Positions 23,300 through 31,641 of a DNA stretch of 35,194 nucleotides are shown one piece after another (the first letter of the stretch is position 1; each line of letters opens with the position of its first letter). The notes under the pieces are model-generated. The model had not been told where the DNA came from. It ran no database searches and saw nothing but the letters and a program-made list of their open reading frames with translations. The translations under genes and the position numbers were made by a program. Origin of the DNA: a virus (taxonomy: Duplodnaviria; Caudoviricetes); the IMG/VR virus record IMGVR_UViG_3300042564_001419, positions 1-35,194 of that record; one strand, 5' to 3'.

Positions 23300-25443
23300 T
23301 ACGGCTTGCGCCCGATGGCCTGCCAGCTAAATGACATTGTTGAGGCGGCGTCTGTTGCTGTTGCCATCTGGGCTTGAAAACGAGTTGTTGTCTTGCCGCC
23401 AACCGCCCCGACGCGGGGCGGGAAAGACACCGCCCCAGTGTCTCCGTCTGCCGTTATTGTTACTGAGTAACTGGTGTTGGCAAATGCCGCAGGTAGCGCG
23501 ATATTCCGCACCGTCGAGATGGCTTGATTGTCATAACCCCACTGAATGCGGGTGTTGCCAATGTCCAGCACCCCGCTCGCAGACTGATCGTTGACAGGCA
23601 CCCCCGACTGAACAACCGTAGTGGGAACCTGCTGCCAAGCCAACTCGCAGAAGTGGCCGGTGGTGGTAACCACCGTACTCTGCGACGATCCTGCGTTGTG
23701 CCAGAGTCGAATCTCAACGGTGTCCCCGGCCAGCACATCGACGACGGTTTCAACAGAAACGCTCATCGGTGCGCTCGATGCCGCGTTTGCTGGCGCGCTG
23801 CCAGCTTTCACCACCGCCCCGTTTTTATAGATGATGACCTGACGTACCCCAGCGGCAGTGCTTGTGGCCCAACTTCCACGACCCGAGAAAGCGTAGCGCC
23901 CTGGGATTGAGCAAACAAACTGCTGAGTTGCCGCATTCCACTGGGCAGACGGAATGATTGCAGCCATGTTAATGGCCTTCAGCAGGGAGCCTTGATCTGA
24001 CACGACCTGCGTGTTACCGCTTGTCTGCCGGTAGATGCCGTAGTCAAGCGGCGCGCCGGCTCCAGCTGTAGATCCGACTTGCCGCCAAGTAGCACCCGTC
24101 AGGCCCGTTGACCACACCGTATTGGCCGGGATGGCGGCGTTCGCCATGTAGATCGAATTGTCGGTGTACTTGACAAGCGTGTTGGCTGTGTACGCATTGG
24201 CCTGCACCCAATCTAGCGGCGTGACGGAGCCGATCTTTGTATCGAGCGCCGCCTGTGTGGCCGTGCTGATTGGTTTGTTCGCGTCCGACGTGTTGTCCAC
24301 ACTGCCCAGGCCCACATCCGCCTTGGCCAGCACCACGACGCCCGACTTGCCGGCCACGCTCACCACTGAATCGGTGTTGTCGATGTGCTGCCATGCCGTG
24401 CCATTGCTAATCAGCCAATCCCCAATGGTGAAGCCAACGCTTGAGCCGGTGATTGAGCTTGTACCGGCCACGCTCACTTTGTAGAAAAACCCGTTGTTCG
24501 CGGGCGCAGCAGCCGGGATTACTGGTGTATTTGTCGCAGCATTCCAAGTGCCTTGCCACTTCAAACCGGCAAGCAGCGAATCAGGGATTTGAGCGGTCAA
24601 CAGCTTTGAGTCGGCACCGAGCGTAGCCACGCCGCTTGCGGCAGCCAGCAGTGCCGAGTTGACCTTCAGGTCCAAGGCGGTCTGGGTTGCTGTGCTGACG
24701 GGTTTGGACAGGTCGGCCGTGTTGTCGACATTGGGCAGCCCGACCATCGCCTTCGTAACGCCGCTCACCGTACCTGTGAAGGTTGGCGAGGCGATTGGTG
24801 CCTTCAAGTCCAAAGCAGCTTGAGTTGCTGTGCTGATCGGCTTGGAGAGGTCTGCCGTGTTGTTGGCGTTGCCGAGCCCCACGTCAGCGGGGTCGAGGGA
24901 TACTGCGCCGGTCTTGCCGGCCACCGTCACAACCGACGCCGGGAACAAGAGCTTGATCCAGTTACCAGCGGTGGCGGCTGGCAGGGTCGAAAGAATGTAG
25001 CTCTCAGCAGTGTCGGTCTGCACCGCCACGCTACCGATCACCGCACCAGACCACGCAAGTCTCGCAGCTTCATTCGCCACAGTTTGACTCGATGCCGTGT
25101 TGATTGCGCTCAGGAAGGAGCTAGGCACCTTCGAGTCAGCGCCGAGGGGACAGACACCGGAAGCCGCGCCGATCAGCGAGCTATTGACCTTCTGGTTTAG
25201 CGCCACTTCCGTTGCTGTGCCTATCGGCTTATTCGCGTCCGACGTATTGTTGACCTGATCAAGCCCAACGTCAGCTGGTGACAGCGTCACATGGCCGGAT
25301 CGTCCATTGACAGTCGTCCCGCCTCCTCCGCCGCCGCCCATCGATGCAATCTGGTCCGGCGTCACCATTACGGCATATCCATCCTCGACGCCAAGCAGGT
25401 AGTCGACGGATGTCGCCGGGCTCGGGCTGTTGATTCCTCGCAT
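23299..25443 (-). CDS. Multidomain fibre protein (714 aa)
   Basis: Four DVGL..VDNTSDxxKPISTATQxAL fibre repeats, a CBM-like W..AYTAN..VKY..IY segment, a C1q-like segment and a gp53-like C-terminus (IQWG..LPAAF..FSWQAIG). Confidence 0.8.
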   Translation of the reverse strand: MRGINSPSPATSVDYLLGVEDGYAVMVTPDQIASMGGGGGGGTTVNGRSGHVTLSPADVGLDQVNNTSDANKPIGTATEVALNQKVNSSLIGAASGVCPLGADSKVPSSFLSAINTASSQTVANEAARLAWSGAVIGSVAVQTDTAESYILSTLPAATAGNWIKLLFPASVVTVAGKTGAVSLDPADVGLGNANNTADLSKPISTATQAALDLKAPIASPTFTGTVSGVTKAMVGLPNVDNTADLSKPVSTATQTALDLKVNSALLAAASGVATLGADSKLLTAQIPDSLLAGLKWQGTWNAATNTPVIPAAAPANNGFFYKVSVAGTSSITGSSVGFTIGDWLISNGTAWQHIDNTDSVVSVAGKSGVVVLAKADVGLGSVDNTSDANKPISTATQAALDTKIGSVTPLDWVQANAYTANTLVKYTDNSIYMANAAIPANTVWSTGLTGATWRQVGSTAGAGAPLDYGIYRQTSGNTQVVSDQGSLLKAINMAAIIPSAQWNAATQQFVCSIPGRYAFSGRGSWATSTAAGVRQVIIYKNGAVVKAGSAPANAASSAPMSVSVETVVDVLAGDTVEIRLWHNAGSSQSTVVTTTGHFCELAWQQVPTTVVQSGVPVNDQSASGVLDIGNTRIQWGYDNQAISTVRNIALPAAFANTSYSVTITADGDTGAVSFPPRVGAVGGKTTTRFQAQMATATDAASTMSFSWQAIGRKP

Positions 25444-25670
25444 TAGCTTCCCCCTTGTGTGATCTGACTGCGGCGCAGCACCTTGTGCCCGTGCCGATGG
25501 TTGCGTGTGCTGGCGAGGCCTTCAGGCTCTGTGGCCTGGGCCTCCTCCTGTTCGGTCTCCTGCTGCTCGTCCAGCTCCTGCTCGCCTAGAGAGTCGTCCA
25601 CACTCTCCAGGCCAGGGTCGTCGGACTCGCGCTTTGTGAAGGCGTTGGCCAGGGCTGCAATGAGGCTCAT
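25443..25670 (-). CDS. Small acidic hypothetical protein (75 aa)
   Basis: AAGGA RBS; coupled to the fibre gene. Confidence 0.65.
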   Translation of the reverse strand: MSLIAALANAFTKRESDDPGLESVDDSLGEQELDEQQETEQEEAQATEPEGLASTRNHRHGHKVLRRSQITQGGS

Positions 25671-25680
25671 GTTTCTGTCC

Positions 25681-27915
25681 TTAGATGCCGCTGCCCTGCT
25701 GGATCTTCAGCTGCGCCTCGGCGTTGAAAAGTTCGCGGTCGTTGCTCAGGTCAATCGCCTGCATGCGCTCCTTGCTGGCTCGCTCTGCTGCGCTCTCCAT
25801 CGCGTCGCGGTCCATCTTGTTGATCTCGATCTCGCGCGTCAGCTGCAGATCGGCCATCGTCAGGCGCGACTCTTCCTGCTCGCGGGTCTGGTTGTAGGCC
25901 AGGGTCTCGCGCTTCAGTGCGCTCTCCTCAGCCAAGCGTTGCTGGTCTGCCGCGCGCTGCTCCTGGCGATCGGCGATGTCCAGCTTCTTGGCCTCCAGCA
26001 CTGCATTCGCGCGGGCCAGTTGCGGGTCTTCAGGGGCCGGCTGGGCCTGGGCTGCTGCGTCGTTCTCGGCGATCTGCGCGTCGTCAAACATGATGTCCTC
26101 GGGCCGCTGCTTCATCGCCTTCAGCACGATGGTCAGCTCCTTCTTCGGGTCGACGAAGCGCGCATATCGCTCGTTACTCGTGACGGCAACCATGTTCAGG
26201 GCGCCCTGGTTCTGGATGTCTCGCTCCAGTAGTGCGGTCGCACCGATGGCCACTATCTCCATGTCCCCCTTGATCGAGTCGTCGGGGTTGTATTGCATCT
26301 GCCAGTCGAAGTGGCGCGTGATGTGGGGCTTCGTGAGGTTGTCGTCGTACAGCTTGCAGCGCCAGCGCAGCACGGCGGATGCGCTGCTAAAGCGCATGAT
26401 CATTCCGCCCAGCGTCTCGGGTGCGTCGCGGTCCTGCTCGCCGGCGATGAGCTGCGGCATGCTGGTCTCCTGATCGGCCAGCTGCATCGCAGTCGACGCG
26501 ATCTTCAGCAGCTCGTCGATATGCGACGCGAAGTTGAAGACGGCGAATGCCTTGGTGACGTCCTGCACCGAGCTGTCGGCGTGCCACAGCTTGTTCGGCG
26601 TGATCTCGTTGGACCCGTCGGCAGCCTCGATGCCCTCGCCGATGACGATCTGCCCGCCGGCCGTGACCCGCGCGTTGTCCATCACCTGCCGCCATGCCGC
26701 GATCACCGCAGACTGCTGGTGCTCCAGCGAGTTGCACAGCGAGTGGCCATAGGGTGTGGCGTCATCCTTGCGCCAGCACCAGACGTCGACCGGCAGGGTC
26801 TCGTCATCCAGCCAGGACGGCATCGCGCCGATGACCATGTCCTGGCACACAACGACCACACCCCGCTCGACGTCGACCAGCGGGTCGCCATTGCCGCCCA
26901 TCGAGACTAGCATCATCTGCTCGGGCTCGACCTCTCCGTAGTAGGTCCAGATCTCGTAGGTCTCGGATGCCGCGGTGTGCGTGCGCTGCACTCGCCCCTC
27001 GACGACCGAGATCCGGGTCGGCGGTTGCTTCAGGATGTGCGACACCAAGTCCCGGCTGAACCCAGGCGCATCGGCCAGGGCGCGCAGCTCCTTGCGGGTG
27101 GCGCGCTTCAAGATCCAGAAGCCGCGGCCACGCTGGTGATCATTGCCGCACGAAGGGTCAAACCAGATGTCCCACGGGTCCCAGCTCTCACTGCCAGGGA
27201 TGACCTTCGATGTGGTCAGCTTCTTGAAGACGCCAGCCTGCTGTGTCCACTTGCTAGCCACCTGCTTCGCCGGCATCGGGCCGAGCATGATCCCGGAGCC
27301 GAGCTTGACTCCGTTCTCGATGACCTTGCGCGACTCTCCGTTGTAGCGCGTCTCGGTCAGCGCGTCGTCGATGGCGCGCTCCATGCCCTCGTTAGATTCC
27401 TTGACGGCAGCCATGTAGGCCTTGGCCTCCATGTCCGCAGTCAGGCCGGTCTGCGTGTCCGTGCCAGGGATGACGGTCGGCCGCTCGTCGCCGACCATCT
27501 TGCTGATGTGGTCAGGCACGGGGGTTGGCTCGACGCCCCAGTTCTTGCCGTCGGTGGGCAGCAGGATCTCGCACATGCGAGAGATCGCCTGATCCACCTT
27601 GGGCTGCACGATGTTGACCACCAGCTTGGAGCGCTGCGCCTGGGCGGTGCGCTTCATTGGCCCGTTCTTCAGTGCGTCGACAAACGCGCGCTCGGCCTGG
27701 GCTTGGCTGCCGTCGTACAGGATCTTGCTGGTGCGCCAGCGCTCCTCGACGCCGCTAGCGGCGCGGTGACGCACCCATTCGTCGCGCATGCCGGAGATGC
27801 CGGCGTGCACGCGCCGCACCATGTCGATCATCTTCTGCGGGTCTTCGGCCTGCTGGCCGGCGAACATGCCGAGCGGGTCTTCTCGCTCTCCAGTTGGTGT
27901 CTGTTTTGTCAGCAT
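25681..27915 (-). CDS. Portal protein (744 aa)
   Basis: VNIVQPKV..GSGIM.GP..DPWDIWFDP..PYG..WRQVMDN, with a long C-terminal coiled-coil barrel as in P22-like portals. Confidence 0.88.
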   Translation of the reverse strand: MLTKQTPTGEREDPLGMFAGQQAEDPQKMIDMVRRVHAGISGMRDEWVRHRAASGVEERWRTSKILYDGSQAQAERAFVDALKNGPMKRTAQAQRSKLVVNIVQPKVDQAISRMCEILLPTDGKNWGVEPTPVPDHISKMVGDERPTVIPGTDTQTGLTADMEAKAYMAAVKESNEGMERAIDDALTETRYNGESRKVIENGVKLGSGIMLGPMPAKQVASKWTQQAGVFKKLTTSKVIPGSESWDPWDIWFDPSCGNDHQRGRGFWILKRATRKELRALADAPGFSRDLVSHILKQPPTRISVVEGRVQRTHTAASETYEIWTYYGEVEPEQMMLVSMGGNGDPLVDVERGVVVVCQDMVIGAMPSWLDDETLPVDVWCWRKDDATPYGHSLCNSLEHQQSAVIAAWRQVMDNARVTAGGQIVIGEGIEAADGSNEITPNKLWHADSSVQDVTKAFAVFNFASHIDELLKIASTAMQLADQETSMPQLIAGEQDRDAPETLGGMIMRFSSASAVLRWRCKLYDDNLTKPHITRHFDWQMQYNPDDSIKGDMEIVAIGATALLERDIQNQGALNMVAVTSNERYARFVDPKKELTIVLKAMKQRPEDIMFDDAQIAENDAAAQAQPAPEDPQLARANAVLEAKKLDIADRQEQRAADQQRLAEESALKRETLAYNQTREQEESRLTMADLQLTREIEINKMDRDAMESAAERASKERMQAIDLSNDRELFNAEAQLKIQQGSGI

Positions 27916-27963
27916 TGTGATACTCGCGTCATTGCGGCCGCGCAGCTGCGAGGATGGGCAGAC

Positions 27964-28007
27964 ATGCTACGGGGGTCGACTTGGATTGATGATTTCGACA
28001 GCTCATA
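27964..28007 (-). promoter_or_regulatory. Putative late promoter, copy 2
   Basis: TATGAGctGTCGA, with TAGCAT beginning 30 nt after the G of GTCG. Confidence 0.6.
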
Positions 28008-30144
28008 CGAGCCACGGATCTGGGAAGCCGTCGGCGATGCGACGCTTGCGCCTGCGGACCTTGCGGCGCCATGCGCGCGACAGGCTGAAGTCCAGCGTCG
28101 TCTCCGCGCCGGCGGCGAACGTGCCGGTGATTAGCCAGGACGCGGCCGGTGCGTTGCCGGCGACAGGCCCGAAGGCTGGCGACGCAACCAGGGTGACCGT
28201 GGTCAGCAGGCTGGCCGCCGGCGCCGTGCCGGTGAAGCCGCCGATGGCAGGCGACACGGACAGACCTGACGTCACGAGCCAGGACGCGACGGGGGCCACT
28301 GCGCCGGATTGGCCGATCGCAGGGCTGGCCGATAGCGTCGCGCTGGTCAGCCATGACGCCGACGGTGCGATGACAGCGAGCTGGCCGATGGCCGGGCTGG
28401 CCGCCAGCGATGCGGTCGTCAGCCAGGACGCGCTCGGTGCGGTGGCGCCAGACTGGCCGACTGCAGCGCTTGCGGCCAGCGATGCCGTGGTCAGCCAGGA
28501 CGCTGCCGGCGCCAGGGCCGCGATCTGCCCGATACCTGGGCTGGCCGAGATCGACAGCGTCGATCCCCAGGCCGCTGCTGGTGCTGTGGCGCCCGCCTGA
28601 CCGATGGCAGGGGATGCGGCGAACGAGAAGGCGCACGACACAGCGAACGCGGGCGCGAGTCCTTCAACGCCCCCACCCCCACCAGCCCCAAAAGGCACCC
28701 ACTCGCGGCGCTGGAATAGCTGCCAGGGGTTGGCGCTAATACTGGCGATTTCTGCGTCTGAGAGTGCCCGATCCCACATGTAGCACAGATACAGCGCTAC
28801 GTCTGTGTTGTCGCCATTGCTAATGATGGAAATAGTTGGGCGAACTACTGCGGCCCCCGCGTTGCTCGCTGAAGCAAAAAGGCGCCCGTCCCAGAATGCC
28901 CTCTGCGCACCGCTCCTTACCGATACGGCGATTACCGAAGGTCGCAAAAAGGACGCGCCGCTCGGTGGTGGCGCGTCAATCCATCGAGTAGTCCAGAAAG
29001 GGCCAGCCGCCACGTTCCCGTTCCAGGGAAAGTGCTGGACCCCTGAGTCAGTTCCCGTCAGCATCCAATCGTTGTTACTCGTCCCAACAACGCGGTGCTG
29101 AATCGTGACAAACGACGCCTCTCCCGTGCTCGGCCACCCTGCGAAGCTAATGCCCTGTCCGTTGGAATACGGATCTGTGTAGGATCGGTTCCCTATACCA
29201 GCCGCCCCCAGATGCGCGGGGCCAAGTGGGTAGTTCCAGCCGTATGTAAGCGGCGTGTTTTCTACAATCTCACGCGGATACAACTGGTTTAGATTGATAG
29301 CCCGGCGAAGCCCTCGTGCAAGCGGATTCCCCCAATCAATCTCCGCCCACTCCTGCGGCTGCTGATCCCACGGACTGACGATCTCTTGCAGCGCCACGCC
29401 ACCGACCGGTGCGGTGGCCTCTTGGATCTGGATGAACTCGCGGCGCTGGAAGAGTTGCCAGGGGTTGGCGGAGAGCGCCAGTGCGGCAGCGTCTGACAGG
29501 CCCTGGCCGAATGTGGCGTGCCCTAGAACCGTGGCGTCTAAGAAGTTACCAACGTCTGAACGTAGTAGACGCCCCTCTGTCGGTTGACCGGGCGGCAGTG
29601 CGAATGTCAGCGGCGTCGAGAATGCGCGCCGCCCATCCAGATACCCTGAAAACGTGCTGCCATCATAGGAATAGATCAGCGTATGGGTATCTAGGTCATT
29701 GATCGGGATGCCAGAGAATCCGCGTGGTGGGCTGCCAGTTTGGCCGTCTGTGTAGAGTTCAAACGTCCCGGCTGTGTAGCCGTAGATGATGGCCGTCTGC
29801 CCAATGCCCTGGCGCTGGAACAGCGTATAGGCTGCGCCTTGCCACATGCTGTTCAGTCGGAATGTCAGCAGCACGGCGAAGGACGCGGACCCCCCTGCTG
29901 CAATTACGTCCGTATTGGCAGCGCTGAAGCCACCAGCACCCCGAGCGCCTGCACCTATGCCGCTGCTGCTGGCCTCCCCAAAGTAGGTGCCCGATCCAGA
30001 CTCAGTCCAGATTTGATTCGTGCCGATGGGGCCGGTGGCGAAATTCGTGCTGGTGACGATGTTTCCGCCAAGGCCGCCCCAATCAATCTCAGCCGCCTCC
30101 TGCGGCTGCTGATCCCACGGACTGACGATCTCTTGCAGCGCCAC
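28003..30144 (-). CDS. Tandem LamG/ConA-like lectin protein with 24-aa repeat stalk (713 aa)
   Basis: GTG start with GAGGT RBS. Two modules run from ALQEIVSPWDQQPQE to SANPWQLFQRRE, with LamG-like motifs (SYDG..YLDG; WDRALSDAEI), followed by seven 24-aa repeats. Confidence 0.8.
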   Translation of the reverse strand: MALQEIVSPWDQQPQEAAEIDWGGLGGNIVTSTNFATGPIGTNQIWTESGSGTYFGEASSSGIGAGARGAGGFSAANTDVIAAGGSASFAVLLTFRLNSMWQGAAYTLFQRQGIGQTAIIYGYTAGTFELYTDGQTGSPPRGFSGIPINDLDTHTLIYSYDGSTFSGYLDGRRAFSTPLTFALPPGQPTEGRLLRSDVGNFLDATVLGHATFGQGLSDAAALALSANPWQLFQRREFIQIQEATAPVGGVALQEIVSPWDQQPQEWAEIDWGNPLARGLRRAINLNQLYPREIVENTPLTYGWNYPLGPAHLGAAGIGNRSYTDPYSNGQGISFAGWPSTGEASFVTIQHRVVGTSNNDWMLTGTDSGVQHFPWNGNVAAGPFWTTRWIDAPPPSGASFLRPSVIAVSVRSGAQRAFWDGRLFASASNAGAAVVRPTISIISNGDNTDVALYLCYMWDRALSDAEIASISANPWQLFQRREWVPFGAGGGGGVEGLAPAFAVSCAFSFAASPAIGQAGATAPAAAWGSTLSISASPGIGQIAALAPAASWLTTASLAASAAVGQSGATAPSASWLTTASLAASPAIGQLAVIAPSASWLTSATLSASPAIGQSGAVAPVASWLVTSGLSVSPAIGGFTGTAPAASLLTTVTLVASPAFGPVAGNAPAASWLITGTFAAGAETTLDFSLSRAWRRKVRRRKRRIADGFPDPWLV
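28111..28614 (-). repeat. Seven tandem 72-bp (24-aa) coding repeats
   Basis: Consensus SPAIGQxGAxAPAASWLTTASLAA. Confidence 0.9.
28701..29470. repeat. 35-bp direct repeat (28701-28735 and 29436-29470)
   Basis: 33/35 identical; encodes ANPWQLFQRRE. Confidence 0.9.
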
Positions 30145-30146
30145 GC
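29330..30146. repeat. 70-bp direct repeat (29330-29399 and 30077-30146)
   Basis: 67/70 identical by manual alignment, including 50 bp perfect; offset 747 bp, in frame. Confidence 0.92.
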
Positions 30147-30148
30147 GC

Positions 30149-30541
30149 TTACCTCACAACCGGGACGACAGTCTGCGAAGTGCTGGACGCAGCGAACGTG
30201 ATGCCAGCGACGAACCGGCCCAGACCATTGCTCGGCCATGTCGTGCCGCCGTCGGTGCTTGTCTGAAGGAACACTGCAACAGTGCCCGTCGCCGAAGCCC
30301 CAGGCGCAGCAGTGAACGTGACATGCGCGCCGAGGTTCTTTGCGGTGCCGTTGTTGATCGTGCTGCTGCTTGAGTAGGTCAGGGTGCCGACGCTCACAGC
30401 GTTGATCTGCGTTGCCTCAGCGGTGAATGCCAGTGCGCCATCGGTCCCGTACTTGAATGGCTCATCCTTGACCGTGCAGGTAACTGAAACGCCGGTGCCG
30501 TTGTAGACCTGCCAGCGATAGTGTTCGCCCAATGCGCTCAT
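30149..30541 (-). CDS. Beta-rich virion-associated hypothetical protein (130 aa)
   Basis: Thr/Gly-rich with LQTSTDGGTTW motif; ATGA-coupled. Confidence 0.75.
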   Translation of the reverse strand: MSALGEHYRWQVYNGTGVSVTCTVKDEPFKYGTDGALAFTAEATQINAVSVGTLTYSSSSTINNGTAKNLGAHVTFTAAPGASATGTVAVFLQTSTDGGTTWPSNGLGRFVAGITFAASSTSQTVVPVVR

Positions 30542-31017
30542 TGAATGCCTTTCAGTGCAGCAGATACTGCGGTGTGTTCGATGGGGTCTGGGCGCACGGC
30601 CAGGGCCTTGAGCTTGTCGGCCATTGCCTGCGTCATCAGCGTGCCGACCATCGACTGCAGCGAGCTGCGGACGTACTCGTTGCCGACGTCAAAGCCGACC
30701 CGACCCAGGCTGCGCAGTGCCTGCCGCGCATTGGCGACAGCGGTGCGCTGCTCAAGCGGCGACTCAAGCGACACAGGCTGCACCGCGATCAACTCAAGGT
30801 TCAGCATCAGCAGCGGACCATCCGGGCCGCCGAGCGCCGTGCACAGGGCTCCATCACCGATCTCGTGCTTGACGATCTTGGTGCGGCCCTGGCTGATGAT
30901 CCTGGCCACGCCTTCGTGGTCGCCGAGGAATAGGCAGTTGTCGACTGCCGAGGCCTGCTCTGGCGACAGCGGGCTGCCGCGAAGCGCTTCAAGCGCTGCT
31001 TTCTGTGCGGGTGTCAT
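30538..31017 (-). CDS. Hypothetical protein (159 aa)
   Basis: ATGA-coupled on both sides. Confidence 0.78.
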   Translation of the reverse strand: MTPAQKAALEALRGSPLSPEQASAVDNCLFLGDHEGVARIISQGRTKIVKHEIGDGALCTALGGPDGPLLMLNLELIAVQPVSLESPLEQRTAVANARQALRSLGRVGFDVGNEYVRSSLQSMVGTLMTQAMADKLKALAVRPDPIEHTAVSAALKGIQ

Positions 31018-31439
31018 GCGTTTCCGTTCTGCAGGGTGATGACAGATGCCGGCACCGTGAAGCTGGCGCCGGAGGATGAGATGTCGCTGCCGAAGTCGTT
31101 GACTGCGACCAGCTCGTCGGCGGTGGCCGCACCGCCGCGCCGCTTGTAGTAGACGGCCTTGCGTGCGGTGAGCGTGCTGTTGGCCAGGACGAGCTGTCCA
31201 AGCGTTAGCGTCACGCGGTTGTTGGTCAGATCCTTGGCGACCGTCACGGAGACGACTGCGCCGCCAGCGGTGTAGCCGGTGCCGGTGATCTCGTTGGTGA
31301 CGTCGGAGCGCTTGAGCTGCGTGTCGCTGTTCTCCGTGTATGCCGACGTCGTCAGCATGCAGAAGAACGTGTCCGTGTCGCAGTCGATGCTGCCCTGCGC
31401 GACGTCGTGGATGAACGAGTTGAAGAGGATGGTTGCCAT
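31014..31439 (-). CDS. Fibre-module structural protein (141 aa)
   Basis: Start re-assigned to ATG 31439 (MATILFNSF). The motif D.DTDTF..L..NEITGTGYTAGG is common in minor tail/fibre proteins. Confidence 0.75.
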   Translation of the reverse strand: MATILFNSFIHDVAQGSIDCDTDTFFCMLTTSAYTENSDTQLKRSDVTNEITGTGYTAGGAVVSVTVAKDLTNNRVTLTLGQLVLANSTLTARKAVYYKRRGGAATADELVAVNDFGSDISSSGASFTVPASVITLQNGNA

Positions 31440-31441
31440 GA

Positions 31442-31621
31442 TCAGCCCTTCAGCTTTTCGTTGATGAGCGCCTTGATCTCGGCGCGACGCGCGCGGATCT
31501 GGTCGATGGCCACGCCGAGCTGGATCTGCTTGTCGACCAGCTCGTCGATGGTGTGTTCGTTCAGCGGCCGCTCTGCGGGTGCAGTGGTCTTGCGGGACCA
31601 GGGCCAAAAGCGTGATGCCAT
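31442..31621 (-). CDS. Small coiled-coil protein (59 aa), not in ORF track
   Basis: AAGGA RBS, then MASRFWPWSRKTTAPAERPLNEHTIDELVDKQIQLGVAIDQIRARRAEIKALINEKLKG*. It fills the gap after TerL. Confidence 0.7.
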   Translation of the reverse strand: MASRFWPWSRKTTAPAERPLNEHTIDELVDKQIQLGVAIDQIRARRAEIKALINEKLKG

Positions 31622-31641
31622 GTTGGTGTCCTTGTTGGTTG

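Noticed and set aside
20687-27923. GTATCACA octamer both after the MCP and before the portal start
   Set aside because: Only two short copies in different contexts, which is compatible with chance.
28111-28614. CRISPR-like periodicity
   Set aside because: These are degenerate 72-bp coding repeats without unique spacers, and there are no cas genes.
28003-30146. Diversity-generating retroelement or shufflon explanation for the repeats
   Set aside because: No reverse transcriptase or invertase is in the window. The repeats are direct, in frame and lack adenine-specific mismatches.
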